A DNA stretch of 64,000 nucleotides from Antedon mediterranea (lineage: Eukaryota; Animalia; Echinodermata), in NCBI RefSeq assembly GCF_964355755.1, contig NC_092676.1, positions 1,803,788 through 1,867,787 of the forward strand, in the 5' to 3' direction. Numbering within the stretch: position 1 is the first letter of the stretch; each line of letters opens with the position of its first letter. The translations under genes were made by a program, and so were the position numbers. The notes beneath the pieces are model-generated. The model did no database searches. It was given only the letters and a program-made list of their open reading frames with translations, and was not told the DNA's origin. Of the stretch, positions 12,701 to 23,387 are shown piece after piece.

Positions 12701-15406
12701 ATCGCACACGTAATTCATAGAATTTAGCATGTGTCGTGTAATGTATACAACAATAGTCATAGTTCAGTCAGCCTATACTGTGTAGTAAAACACTTTCCAC
12801 ACTTTTTGACCAAAGTTGACTAATTCGACTTCTCTAAACATACTTTGCTGTGCATTATGGAATATTTTACATCTAATCATAATTCTTAGAACTGCATAGT
12901 TCAATATCCTATGTCTTAAGAACGTTTGTGAACTTGTGTCGAGTGGAACGCTCCACCGTTAAAATACGGTACCGTACTACGTCAAGTTTAACGTATACAA
13001 ATAAACCGATATTCTAATCTTTGATAATAATAATAATATAGTTGAAACACTACTTACCGCTATTGTTATTGTTTATATCACCATTGTTATCATTCACTGA
13101 TTTATTAGCCGTCATTATCACGTCTGACGTAAAACTACTCGGTCGATTCAACGCCTTCGTAAAATGGTCATCTACAACTTTGCTTGTATCCCCGGTAAAG
13201 TACGTAAATATAACACATTTAGCACTGACATACTCGGCCTCTGGGATCATTTCCTTATCACTGCCACCAGAATCAGACGAGTCCTCTTCCTCCACCTTAA
13301 CATCACCGCCTCCTCCGACACTCAAATCCTGAGCTCGAATCTCAGACTCCTGCAACGAAACGTAACAATTACCTTGCATATCGGTTTTTTCTGTTATTGA
13401 TCGTTTTAATGTCTACTTTAAAAATTCCGTAGCATTTCCGCATACGAATTACTGTGTGTTAAAATAGATATGCAAATTAGGTGCGACACATGTACACGCA
13501 CTGATTACGTAACACGCGCACTGATTGCTTCTGTACCGTGAACTAAATACTAAGTATTTTCAAGCATATGAACAGGCATGTGATATTAAAACTATATTTT
13601 TTTATTACAAAATTAAACTATGTTTAAGCCAATACCAAACGTAGTACGCGTCTTATTGTCATCTCTCGTGTTTAGTCAAATATTAAAGTTTATTAGAGAA
13701 TAACAGTCTGGTGTGTTGCATGCTCAATGTAAGAACAAAGAAAAATAACCAGTTTATTAGATGTAAAGTATTAATCTTGTCTGGGTGCAGGTATTTAAAA
13801 AGCAGTATGATTGGCTTTGTCGTGGGCAATTGGTCCGCATAGGCGTATCCAATTTGAAGGAGGAGGGGAGAAGGGGAGGGGAGAAGGGGGAGGGGAGAAG
13901 GGGAGGGGGAGAAGGGGGAGGGGAGAAGGGGTAGGGGAAAAGGGGAGGGGAGAAGGGGAGGGGAGAAGGGGAGGGGAGAAGGGGGAGTTCCATTTTCTTT
14001 TACATTTATATATAGGTTATAGTTCTTATTTCATATTCCACCCCTCTCCACTCCACCCCTCTCCCCTCCACCCCTCTCCCCTCCACCCCTCTCCCCTCCA
14101 CCCCTCTCCACTCCACCCTCTCCCCTCCACCCCTCTCCACTCCACCCCTCTCCCCTCCACCCCTCTCCCCTCCACCCCTCTCCCCTCCACCCGTCTCCCC
14201 TCCACCCCTCTCCCCTCCACCCCTCTCCCCTCCATCCATCTCCCCTCCACCCCTCTCCCCTCCACCCCTCTCCCCTCCACCCCTCTCCCCTCCACCCCTC
14301 TCCCCTCCACCCCTCTCCCCTCCACCCCTCCACCCCTCCACCCCTCCACCCCTCTCCCCTCCACCCCTCTCCCCTCCACCCTCTCCCCTCCACCCCTCTC
14401 CACTCCACCCCTCTTCCCTCCACCCCTCTCCACTCCACCCCTCTCCCCTCCACCCCTCTCCCCTCCACCCCTCTCCCCTCCACCCCTCTCCACTCCACCC
14501 CTCTCCCCTCCACCCCTCTCCCCTCCACCCCTCTCCACTCCACCCCTCTCCACTCCACCCCTCTCCCCTCCACCCCTCTCCCCTCCACCCCTCTCCCCTC
14601 CACCCCTCTCCCCTCCACCCCTCTCCCCTCCACCCCTCTCCCCTCCACCCCTCTCCCCTCCACCCCTCTCCCCTCCACCCCTCTCCCCTCCACCCCTCTC
14701 CCTCCACCCCTCTCCACTCCACCTCTCTCCACTCCACCCCTCTCCACTCCACCCCTCTCCCCTCCACCCCTCTCCCCTCCACCCCTCTCCCCTCCACCCC
14801 TCTCCCCTCCACCCCTCTCCACTCCACCCTCTCCACCCCTCTCCACTCCACCCCTCTCCCCTCCACCCCTCTCCCCTCCACCCCTCTCCCCTCCACCCCT
14901 CTCCCCTCCACCCCTCTCCACTCCACCCCTCTCCCCTCCACCCCTCTCCCATCCACCTATTTCAAAATCATGGATCCTCCATTCGTCCAATATACCAACG
15001 GTTAACCCAACGCACTTATGATAATGATACTACTGTATGTGCTGTACGAGTACGCTTACCGTAATAATACGTATAACGTAATAATAGTAATACGCATAAA
15101 CCGTGGTTCCCACTAGCGACGCAACGCAAGGACGTAACGCAACGCAAATGAATTGACCAATCACAAGCGATGGCTTATTCGCTTGTGATTGCTAACTGTC
15201 TATAACTTCGCTTGTCATTGGTTAAAACGCTTGCGTTGCGTTTACTTTACGTCCTTGCGTTACGTTCTAGTAGGAACCAAGCTTAACGTAAAATCGTTAC
15301 ATAAATAATCCCGAAATAAATATAAACATATGCCTACCTTTCTACAAGGATACTGAAAATATGGATGTCTTTGTAGTGACTGGTATACAACGTCTATACA
15401 ACTCAT
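9757..15406 (-). CDS. VGLL: Vestigial-like (VGLL1-3/vg family) TEAD cofactor; exons 15406-15338, 13349-13058, 12163-11756, 9815-9757; about 275 aa
   Basis: N-terminus MSCIDVVYQ (VGLL2-type MSCLDVMYQ), Tondu motif [51 protein letters not shown]-terminal SSKDPFWF. Exons 1 and 4 are absent from the ORF track. An alternative phase-0 acceptor at 13412 is possible. Confidence 0.92.
10050..10470. mobile_element. Cluster of MITE family B copies (palindromic, GGTTCCCACTRG ends)
   Basis: A full hairpin element at about 10100-10249 plus flanking partial copies with shared GACGCAACGCAAG and CCAATCACAAGCGA motifs. Confidence 0.85.
10734..10950. mobile_element. MITE family C (TTAA target site, Kolobok-like inferred)
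   Basis: TTAA-AGATATATTGTCCCC ... GGGACAACACATCT-TTAA. Confidence 0.8.
11420..11555. repeat. GT/GC-rich degenerate tandem repeat in VGLL intron 3
   Basis: TGGTGCGCGTTGGTTAA x3 followed by GTGCGTGTCGGCAACGA units. Confidence 0.8.
13858..13987. repeat. Polypurine tract (GGGGAGAAGGGGA)n
   Basis: Directly visible. Confidence 0.9.
14038..14958. repeat. 15-bp polypyrimidine minisatellite (CCCCTCTCCMCTCCA)n, about 60 copies
   Basis: Directly visible. It generates the spurious ORFs in the track. Confidence 0.97.
15100..15283. mobile_element. MITE family B copy in VGLL intron 1
   Basis: Near-identical to 32600-32778. Confidence 0.88.
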
Positions 15407-16311
15407 CTTGTAATGTAAAATGTTTCACAAAATACATGAATTTATGTTCTGTTGAAGAAACTATTAAAAGTCGAGACATGAATATATTATACGTAATACG
15501 AACGGTAATTACACGCACAATACAGTATCGTCAAAGTTTGTCACCTGCTCATCAATACGTTGTCAGTATGTAACGTAAAGTTGTCACTGTCCCTTTGGCG
15601 CGCATCCGATAACATTAATGACATCGCAGATATTTCACAAATGAGCTGTGATGTGATTTCATTTTAAAAAGATTTTAACGAAAACCTTGATACCGCATCG
15701 TATATGAAGCGCCGTCGGTAATTGTGGCTTATAATGCTGCACGACCGTGATCTTTCCGGCGGTAACTTTTACTTTACTACTTTCTACGTTATATTCCTGT
15801 ATTGGTAGTAGATCGAACGGGAGATCGAAGAAACAAGCACTTCGAAATCATCAAATAAAATCCAATCAAATTGTAAATGAAACTGTTTGAACGGGACATC
15901 AAAACTATACGTAGACGTCCTTCTCCACTTCTCCAGTCCAGTAAGAAAAATAGGCCTATACAGTATATTTTAAGTAGTAGCCAGCCTACTTCCAAACAAT
16001 GTGTTCCGTTTACCCATTTCAAAAGATTGATACAATTTCTTAAACAAGTTCCCTAGACTCTCGACTCTAGCTCCAAGAGTGCAATGGCCCAGTCACGTGA
16101 TGTAACATCATTATGTGACGAGTTGTCGTGGAATGCGTCGATCGCTACAAACTCCGCCTCCTAATTTATGAGATCACGGAAATTATGCGAATTTGTAAAC
16201 AGTTTTTACCTCCCTGGTATTCATGTATGATTAAATCGGAAAAATAAATACAGTATCCTTTCCAGCGATCAACTATACTGTACAATGAATGAGAGAGAAG
16301 TAGATTATCTT

Positions 16312-16639
16312 AGATATATTGTCCCCCTAAAATAGTTTTTCAAATTTTTTTTAATATGCCATTTTAATGTCACATAATAGTTATTCACTTTGACCAAAAA
16401 CTGGATCGAAAAAAAATGTAATTTAAAGCAAAAAATAAATTTCTGTCAGAGAATGGTTTTTGGTTAAAATTAAACGTTTCTTTTGTCTTTTTATAAGTGA
16501 AATGATTATTTGTTTTGGTCTTTTTTTTACAAAAGTAAATTAACTTTATTAAAACTGAAAAATGGCCTATTTAAAGTCTGATTTTATTAATCTAATTTTA
16601 TTAATCTAATTTTTGATATTTTTTGGGGACAATACATCT
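16312..16639. mobile_element. MITE family C copy
   Basis: AGATATATTGTCCCC ... GGGGACAATACATCT-TTAA; shares AAAATGGCCTATTTAAAGTCTGA with the 10734 copy. Confidence 0.8.
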
Positions 16640-17234
16640 TTAATCAAACGATATTTGCTTCCAACAAAAATTCCTAAACCCAATTGTAATGAAAAATGAG
16701 ATGATTTGGCTGTGTACCCAATTACAAAACACCAATTAAAGCACTGATTGGCAGCTACGAAATCACAAACTAATTGTGACAAAAAAAAATGATCTGCTCT
16801 TGATTGATTTTGCAAAAACGAAAAAAAGGTAAGTTAAAATTTAATGCAAAAAATATGAAAACAAGTATAGGCTAAAACTAATTTGTTAACAGTTCGTTAA
16901 TTAATTAAAGAGTGACCCACACGGTGACTCTCTGCTGCTCACTCATCCGTGCAAGATTAATAAGCTACTACCCAATTCATAAAGCAAGGCAGAATTACAC
17001 GTCCGACAGCTAGACTTGCAAATTAAAGGCTCTCATTACAATTTTCTACTCATTTACTGTGTGCCCATTAGTACTCCTTGAATGATTATGGAGATTACAC
17101 TCATGGAAGAATGAAGACTTGTTAATTACTCATCATACATAATATAGCATTTCTTAATTTGAACATTAATACCAGACCACTACCAAAACTAAAAACAAAG
17201 CAGATCTGAGATTGGAGAGCAACAAACTAAAACC

Positions 17235-17369
17235 TTTATGTTACAAAAAATTGTGATGTGCCCATATGGACATGATGATGTCATATCACTACCATATGTG
17301 GGCATATCACCACCATATTTGGGCACATTAAATTTTTTGTCAAACTAGTTTGATAGTGTAAACAGAGCT
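17235..17369. mobile_element. MITE family A, partial copy
   Basis: Internal units and right TIR GTTTGATAGTGTAAACAGAGCT. Confidence 0.75.
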
Positions 17370-17981
17370 TAATACTTGGACACCATTTGATTACCTTATC
17401 TTCGCACACACAAATTGTCACAACAACCCTTGTATATACTGTTGTAATGTTTTATTATAAATTAATCATTCCGGTTTTGTAATACAAATTGTTAATTCAA
17501 ATGATCTGAATACAGTATTGCTGTAAACTGAAATTAAAATACATGTTTTAAAAAATATTAAAGATATAAAATAATTAAGAATAGTGCAGATAAAATTAAT
17601 AAATACATCTGATTTTGTTGTCATCAAAAATTTGTGAAAGAGATGACATTTGTAATGATAACATTAGTTTGTTATACTGTGTATGACAAAATACTTAATT
17701 CTGACTAAACGATGTTTTCTCAGAAAATTTTGTATGAGCAACTTTTGAAAAGACCTTAGAAGTGCAAGGTTGCATGCATTATGCTAATAAAGTACTCCGT
17801 GCCTTGTGTGCTTATTATAGCCTATCTCGTCAACCTCATTGAGAGAGGCAAGTCTCCTATCTTTTTGGTAATGATTTTTTTATACAAAATACTAAGTATG
17901 TGTGTCACTTATCGGAGGTGAAAAATCCCTCATTAGGGTAATGGTAAAATTGGCCAAAATAAATGTTCACAGTCAAACAAA

Positions 17982-20900
17982 TTAAGTAACTGCAGTAGTA
18001 GTATTTACGGCAGTAGTAGGCTCTTGTTTATCATCAACTGACACTTCTTTGTTTTCTGTTTTATTAGGCTCATCATCTTTTTGTAAAAATTCCTCCCATT
18101 TTTGTAATCTTGCTTCCCTCTCTGTTTCGGTTTCTTCTATTTTGTAATCCGTTGTCCCGTCCCACTGCGTGGCAACGAGTTGACGCTGTGCGAACCATCT
18201 GAACGCAGAAAGAAATGGCGGGTTAATTTAATTTATGCAAGAGGTTAATAAATGGTGGCAAAAATGAATTAAACCAAAATAAAAGTACATTAAAATTAAT
18301 CTATGAAAACTAAAAACAATAATTTTTAAAAGAAATTAAAATATTCTAATAACACAACACACCTTCCATTCAATCCCAGAATGCAAATGTCTGCTGCCTC
18401 CGCTGTTGAAAACTTTACCGAAGCCACGCCCTCTGCATGTTGCTGTAAAAGATACATGTTTACGTTATCAATCAATTGTTAGAGGAGTAATCAATCCAGA
18501 ATGATTGAATTATCAGTACATGGATTGAAAATTAAATGTAATAATTGTGGATGTTATCACATTTCACTCTATAAATACACAACTAGTATAAAGTGAAAGA
18601 AAGTTTGAAAAAAAAAAAAAAATTTTTGAATGGCTCAGAAATTAATAGACACATAGAAGAAGTTTTATTTTGTTTATTTATTATTTAATAATAATAATTT
18701 TTTTTTTTGCAATTCATGAATGTTATATTGTATGTATTTCTTATATATATTCTGTTTTCGTAAATATTATGAGAAAAAGTTACACTTACATCAAATATCA
18801 TCACTTTCTTAACTTCTCCAAACTTATTACACTCCATTGTTAAATCATCTTTAATTTCCGTGATAATTGTTGCATCCTCCTGTTAAAAAAAAAAAATTTT
18901 TTAATTTATTTCATTACTCTAGGACCATTAAAGATGTATTGTCATCCAAAATCATGAAAAAATTTTAAAAAAATCAGACTTTGTATAGGCCATTTTGCAG
19001 TATTGATTAAGTTATTCACCCATAAGAAAAAAACAAAAACAAAAAATGATTTCACATATAAAAAGTTACATTTAACCAAAAATTCATTTTGACTATTTTT
19101 TGCTTTAAATTACAGTTTTCTCAGGTAAATAATTTGTTTTGACCCAATTTTTGGTCAAAGTAAATTACTATTATGTGACATTAAAATAGCATATTCAACA
19201 ACAAAATTTAAAATATTATTTTTTCAGGGTGATATAGGCCTATATTTAAATTTATTTTTTTTTACATAAATATATTTTTAAAGATAGGCAAATATTAGTC
19301 TGATAAAAAAACAGATACATATAAAATATAAACAACAGATTAATATATAGAATACACACACATACAATTAATTCATGTTCTGTGCAAATACCTCTATTAT
19401 GAACAAAGGGATGTAGAAGAGCATATGACCATATAAGGAAGCATTGGAACAAATTATACGCTTGATGTATTTTGATTGATGTTTGCATAACAGTAAAGAT
19501 CTGATTACTTTTGCTGAGGTAACACTACACTTGTAACTTAAATCAAATACTGGCCAATCAAATTGATTAATGCATGAAGCCTGGTGTAAAGTGGATAATG
19601 TACTAGCCAAGTAAATCTAGGTCTTAGATGTCTCTCTATGTTTTTTTTATGTACCAAAATGAAAAAATATGCAAATGTAATTTGGATGAATGAATTAGAA
19701 AATCATATATGATGACAGTGTAGCTAAATGCTACATAAAAAAGAGCTTAAAGATGTATTGTCCCCTAAAAACATGGAAAATGAAGAATAATAAAAAAAGA
19801 CGTTGAAGAGGCCATTTCGCAGTTTTAATTACTTTTTTTAATCAATTCTGTAGAAAAAACATTTTTTTAAATATAATGTTTTCACTTAATAAAATTAAAA
19901 AGACAAAATAAACTATTAAATTCAACCGTAAATCCAGTAAATTTGATTCTTTTTTAAAGTTAAATTTCAGTTTTTTCAGGTAAATAATTTTCTTTTTTTC
20001 GATCAAAGTGAATAAATATTATGTGAAACAAAAAAAAATTGTTATTTTTCCAGGGGTAATACAGAAATAAATAAAACCCCCTCGAGGATTTTTTTAAAGA
20101 TAGTAAACACAAAAATAAACTTACATCAAAATCTGTAGGATGAAATAAATGTTTAATTATGACCACCGTTTCATTCCTTTTTCGCTGTTGATCTTTCTTT
20201 TCAGGCCTCCAATCAAGCAACCTTAAAAGGAGAGAGGAAGTTTAGTGAGAAATAGAAAAAAAATTCAACCAAAAAAATGACCAAATTTAAAATATGCACA
20301 TCATATTTTGAAAATATACTGGTATGTCTTACTTTTGTTGTGTACTTTTTTTCTTTTTCTTCTTCTTTTTCTTCTGTGAGCGGTACTCTCCTCTTTGTGA
20401 AAACTTTGCAATTTCTACCGATAATTTATGACCTCTTAAATCAGAATCATCTAAAATTTGCAGAGCAAGATCTACGGACTCTCTCTAAAAAAAATGCAGA
20501 AGAAAATATTTATGAAAGTTACTAGAGATGACTCGAGTAACATTGGTGATGAGATGGTAGTATACAGTAGAACTCATAAAAATGTAATGGGTATACCCAA
20601 CATATTCATAATATAAGTTAAATAAAGTTTGACAAAAAAAAGTGTGATGTGCCCAAATATGGTAGTGATATTCTCAAATATGGTAGTGATATGACATCAT
20701 CGTGTCCATATATGGACACATTTTCACATAAAGTTTGATAGTGTAGACAAAGCTTTACATATTGCCTTACCTTGAGGTAGCAACACAGTCCATCTCCTTT
20801 CAAGTTCCCTTCATTATCTCTGTACAGTTTCATCTTGAGTTCTTCCGTCTCCTCATTCATCATAATGATGCCACATTTGCCCATCAACTCCTTGAATTCA

Positions 20901-22040
20901 TCCATCGTGACATCATCGGGTAGTCCTGATACGTACACATTTGTGTTCTTATCGTCTTCTATCTCAAACCATTCTACAGTAAAATAATGGGAAATTTATT
21001 TTAACTTATATCGGAAGCATACAGTTAACTTTGTTTTTGTTTGGTAAGACCAAGGCAATCTAACAACAGGACACTCAGCTCGCCTTCCCAAGATAGAAAC
21101 TTGGAACAGTCATTTGATCTTATGTCTGGTTGCGACAAATAATGACTCGTAAATAAAGATTTTCTTTTCTTACGATCCTGTTGTTTCCGTTTCTTTGTAC
21201 CAGAGTCTGGCTTTGATTCTCCAGCAGCCTGCGTTGCAGCACTTTTTGTATCTGTGACTTCTTTTGCATTGCTTGCATTATTCTCTTTGGTTGTCTTCCC
21301 ATCTGTTGGTGCGGTATCTGTAGCAGTGTAGCCGTAACTAGCTTGGTAGGCAGCAAGAAAATCTTCATCTACCTAAAATAATTTATATAAAATTTGAAGG
21401 TGGTTATAAACAAATACAGTTTACATTTTTACTTTCATTTTCTAAAAAGCTGTAAAAATATTTGCTTATTGAGCTGCAAACTCAAGTTATGAGTTTTTGG
21501 TTTAAAAGACTTTTTACTCAAGCAATACTGCCTTATCTAAAGCTCTGTCTACACTATCAAACAAATGTTATGTGCTCATATATAGTCATGATGATGTTAA
21601 ATCACTACCATATTTGGGCATATCCCTGCCATATTTGGGCACATTACACTTTATTTTCCAAACTAGTTTGATAGTGTAGACATAGCTTTAGAAAACATCA
21701 AAATGTCATTTATAAATTGTTGATTAACTCAACTTGTCTAACAATTATTTAACAAAAACAGCTACATATTTTTTTTAAACTTCTAGTCAATCAAAGTATC
21801 TCATTTTTATTATTATTTTAACTTGTGTGTTATTCCTTTTTTTTAGATCGAAAATAAATAAGAAATCTAAAAGAGATGGTTATTGCTAACCTTTGGAAAC
21901 CAAGCCCTCTTTGACTCATCCCATTCGTACACAGTTCCGTCATTAGGGTCTGTATAAGTGCGGCTGGATTCATCCTTCTCTGCTGCTAATTCTTTTTCCA
22001 ATTTTAACTGTCTTTCAAACTCAGTTTGATCATTCTCCAT
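17982..22040 (-). CDS. HTATSF1: HIV Tat-specific factor 1 / Cus2 homolog (U2 snRNP; RRM + UHM); exons 22040-21891, 21372-21174, 20973-20771, 20484-20333, 20221-20125, 18879-18790, 18442-18363, 18198-17982; 395 aa
   Basis: YTDPNDGTVYEWDESKRAWFPKVDEDFLAAYQASYG, NTNVYVSGLP, KGDGLCCYLKRESVDLAL, LLDWRP, GRWFAQRQL...WDGTTDYKIEET. Splice phases are consistent. Confidence 0.94.
18932..19248. mobile_element. MITE family C, degenerate copy
   Basis: TTAA-AGATGTATTGTC start and internal similarity. Confidence 0.65.
19751..20062. mobile_element. MITE family C, degenerate copy
   Basis: TTAA-AGATGTATTGTCCCC start and internal similarity. Confidence 0.65.
20625..20754. mobile_element. MITE family A, partial copy
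   Basis: Internal units and right TIR, next to the HTATSF1 donor at 20770. Confidence 0.75.
21541..21687. mobile_element. MITE family A copy
   Basis: Both TIRs present. Confidence 0.8.
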
Positions 22041-23102
22041 GTTAATCAATATACCTTAAAAAATGCACACTAATTTGCAATAACTCAAATGATTCATACT
22101 TTCAAAATTCAATCAATATAATATGAAGAAGTCATTTTATCAATATTGTAAAATATTAAAACAGAACATTAAACTTAATTTAAACAGACATAGGCCATCT
22201 AGCTGGGGCCTACATAAATAATTATTTTCAATGAAATTATTTAGGTTAATTAATAATAATAGGATACTAGGCCTAGCAGCTACACTTAGTGTGCATAACT
22301 AACAAAACTAGCCCGGCCTAAATAGTCAATAGGTCCCTCCCCTACTACAGTACTACTAGGCCTAGTATTAATATACAGTACCACACTAAAATATTACTAG
22401 GCTAGCCTCTAGGGCCTAGTCTAGGCTAGGCCTCTAGGCCTACTAAAAAAAGAGAGCTGGTAAGTTGTTAACAAGGTCTAAAGTTAGCTCTAGGAGTACT
22501 GGGGTCATGCTGGGTACTTTATATTCATACAATTATATCAATTACCATATAATTTGATTTGTCCGCTTTCAAAAAAAGCATACCATCAGGCTAGGCCTAA
22601 AACTTGAGACAGACCGCCACGGTGAATTTTGAAAATCGTCCTGTATGCGATTCGATTTTTTGTAGTGATTTGTACAAAAAGAGAGGGCGCAATTCATAAT
22701 TATTGGTTATGGTGCGATTTAATTGTTTGTACATTTCAAAATTTTACAAAACTTTAGAACTGTTTATTTTATACCGCCTCTATGACGTTGTTTTCATCTA
22801 CACTGTTTATTCATATATAGTATGTGAATTTATTAACATAACCTACTTATATGTTTTGTATTTGAATATATCTATGCATTTCTGTAGAATGAGAAAACAC
22901 TACAAATGAAATTGCTTTAAAAGCATGATTTATACATATACTTTACAAACTATATTATACAAGTGACTATATATAAAAGATGAGAGTTGACACATTAATT
23001 TTGGTGGACTAACTTTTTTTGTTACTTTTCTCTTTTGTTGTAAACTTGATTATGGTTTTTCTCAAACCAATAAGCAAGCCAATTAAGCTAGGAACCACCA
23101 AA

Positions 23103-23250
23103 AGACTGGCACTGGTAAAGATTGACACCAGAAAATATTGGCACTGGTAAAGATTGACACCAGTAAAAGATTGACACCAGTAAAAGATTGGCACCGGTAA
23201 AGATTGTCACTGGTAAAGATAGGCATCGGTAAAGATTGGCACTGGTATTA
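23103..23250. repeat. Degenerate 16-17-bp minisatellite (GGCACTGGTAAAGATT) in the RWDD1 3' region
   Basis: Directly visible. Confidence 0.85.
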
Positions 23251-23387
23251 AAGACTATACTGGTGATAGCAACGGCAGATACAAAGACAGATTGTATTCT
23301 GCATATGTTTATCTCTGACAGCACTGCTGTGTCTTTTCAACCAATACATTTTTTCCCATTTAATTAAAATGTTTTAATCCTAAAAAA

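Noticed and set aside
13350-13379. ORF-track start MQGNCY as the VGLL N-terminus
   Set aside because: A conserved MSCIDVVYQ exon at 15406-15338 splices in frame and is the better start.
13757-15064. Long Pro-rich or Gly/Glu/Arg-rich ORFs (308-417 aa) on both strands
   Set aside because: They are translations of a stop-free 15-bp minisatellite inside VGLL intron 1.
16253-16262. U12-type donor consensus GTATCCTTT (also ATATCCTTT at 49421)
   Set aside because: Neither is at an exon boundary of any gene on that strand. All reconstructed introns are ordinary GT-AG.
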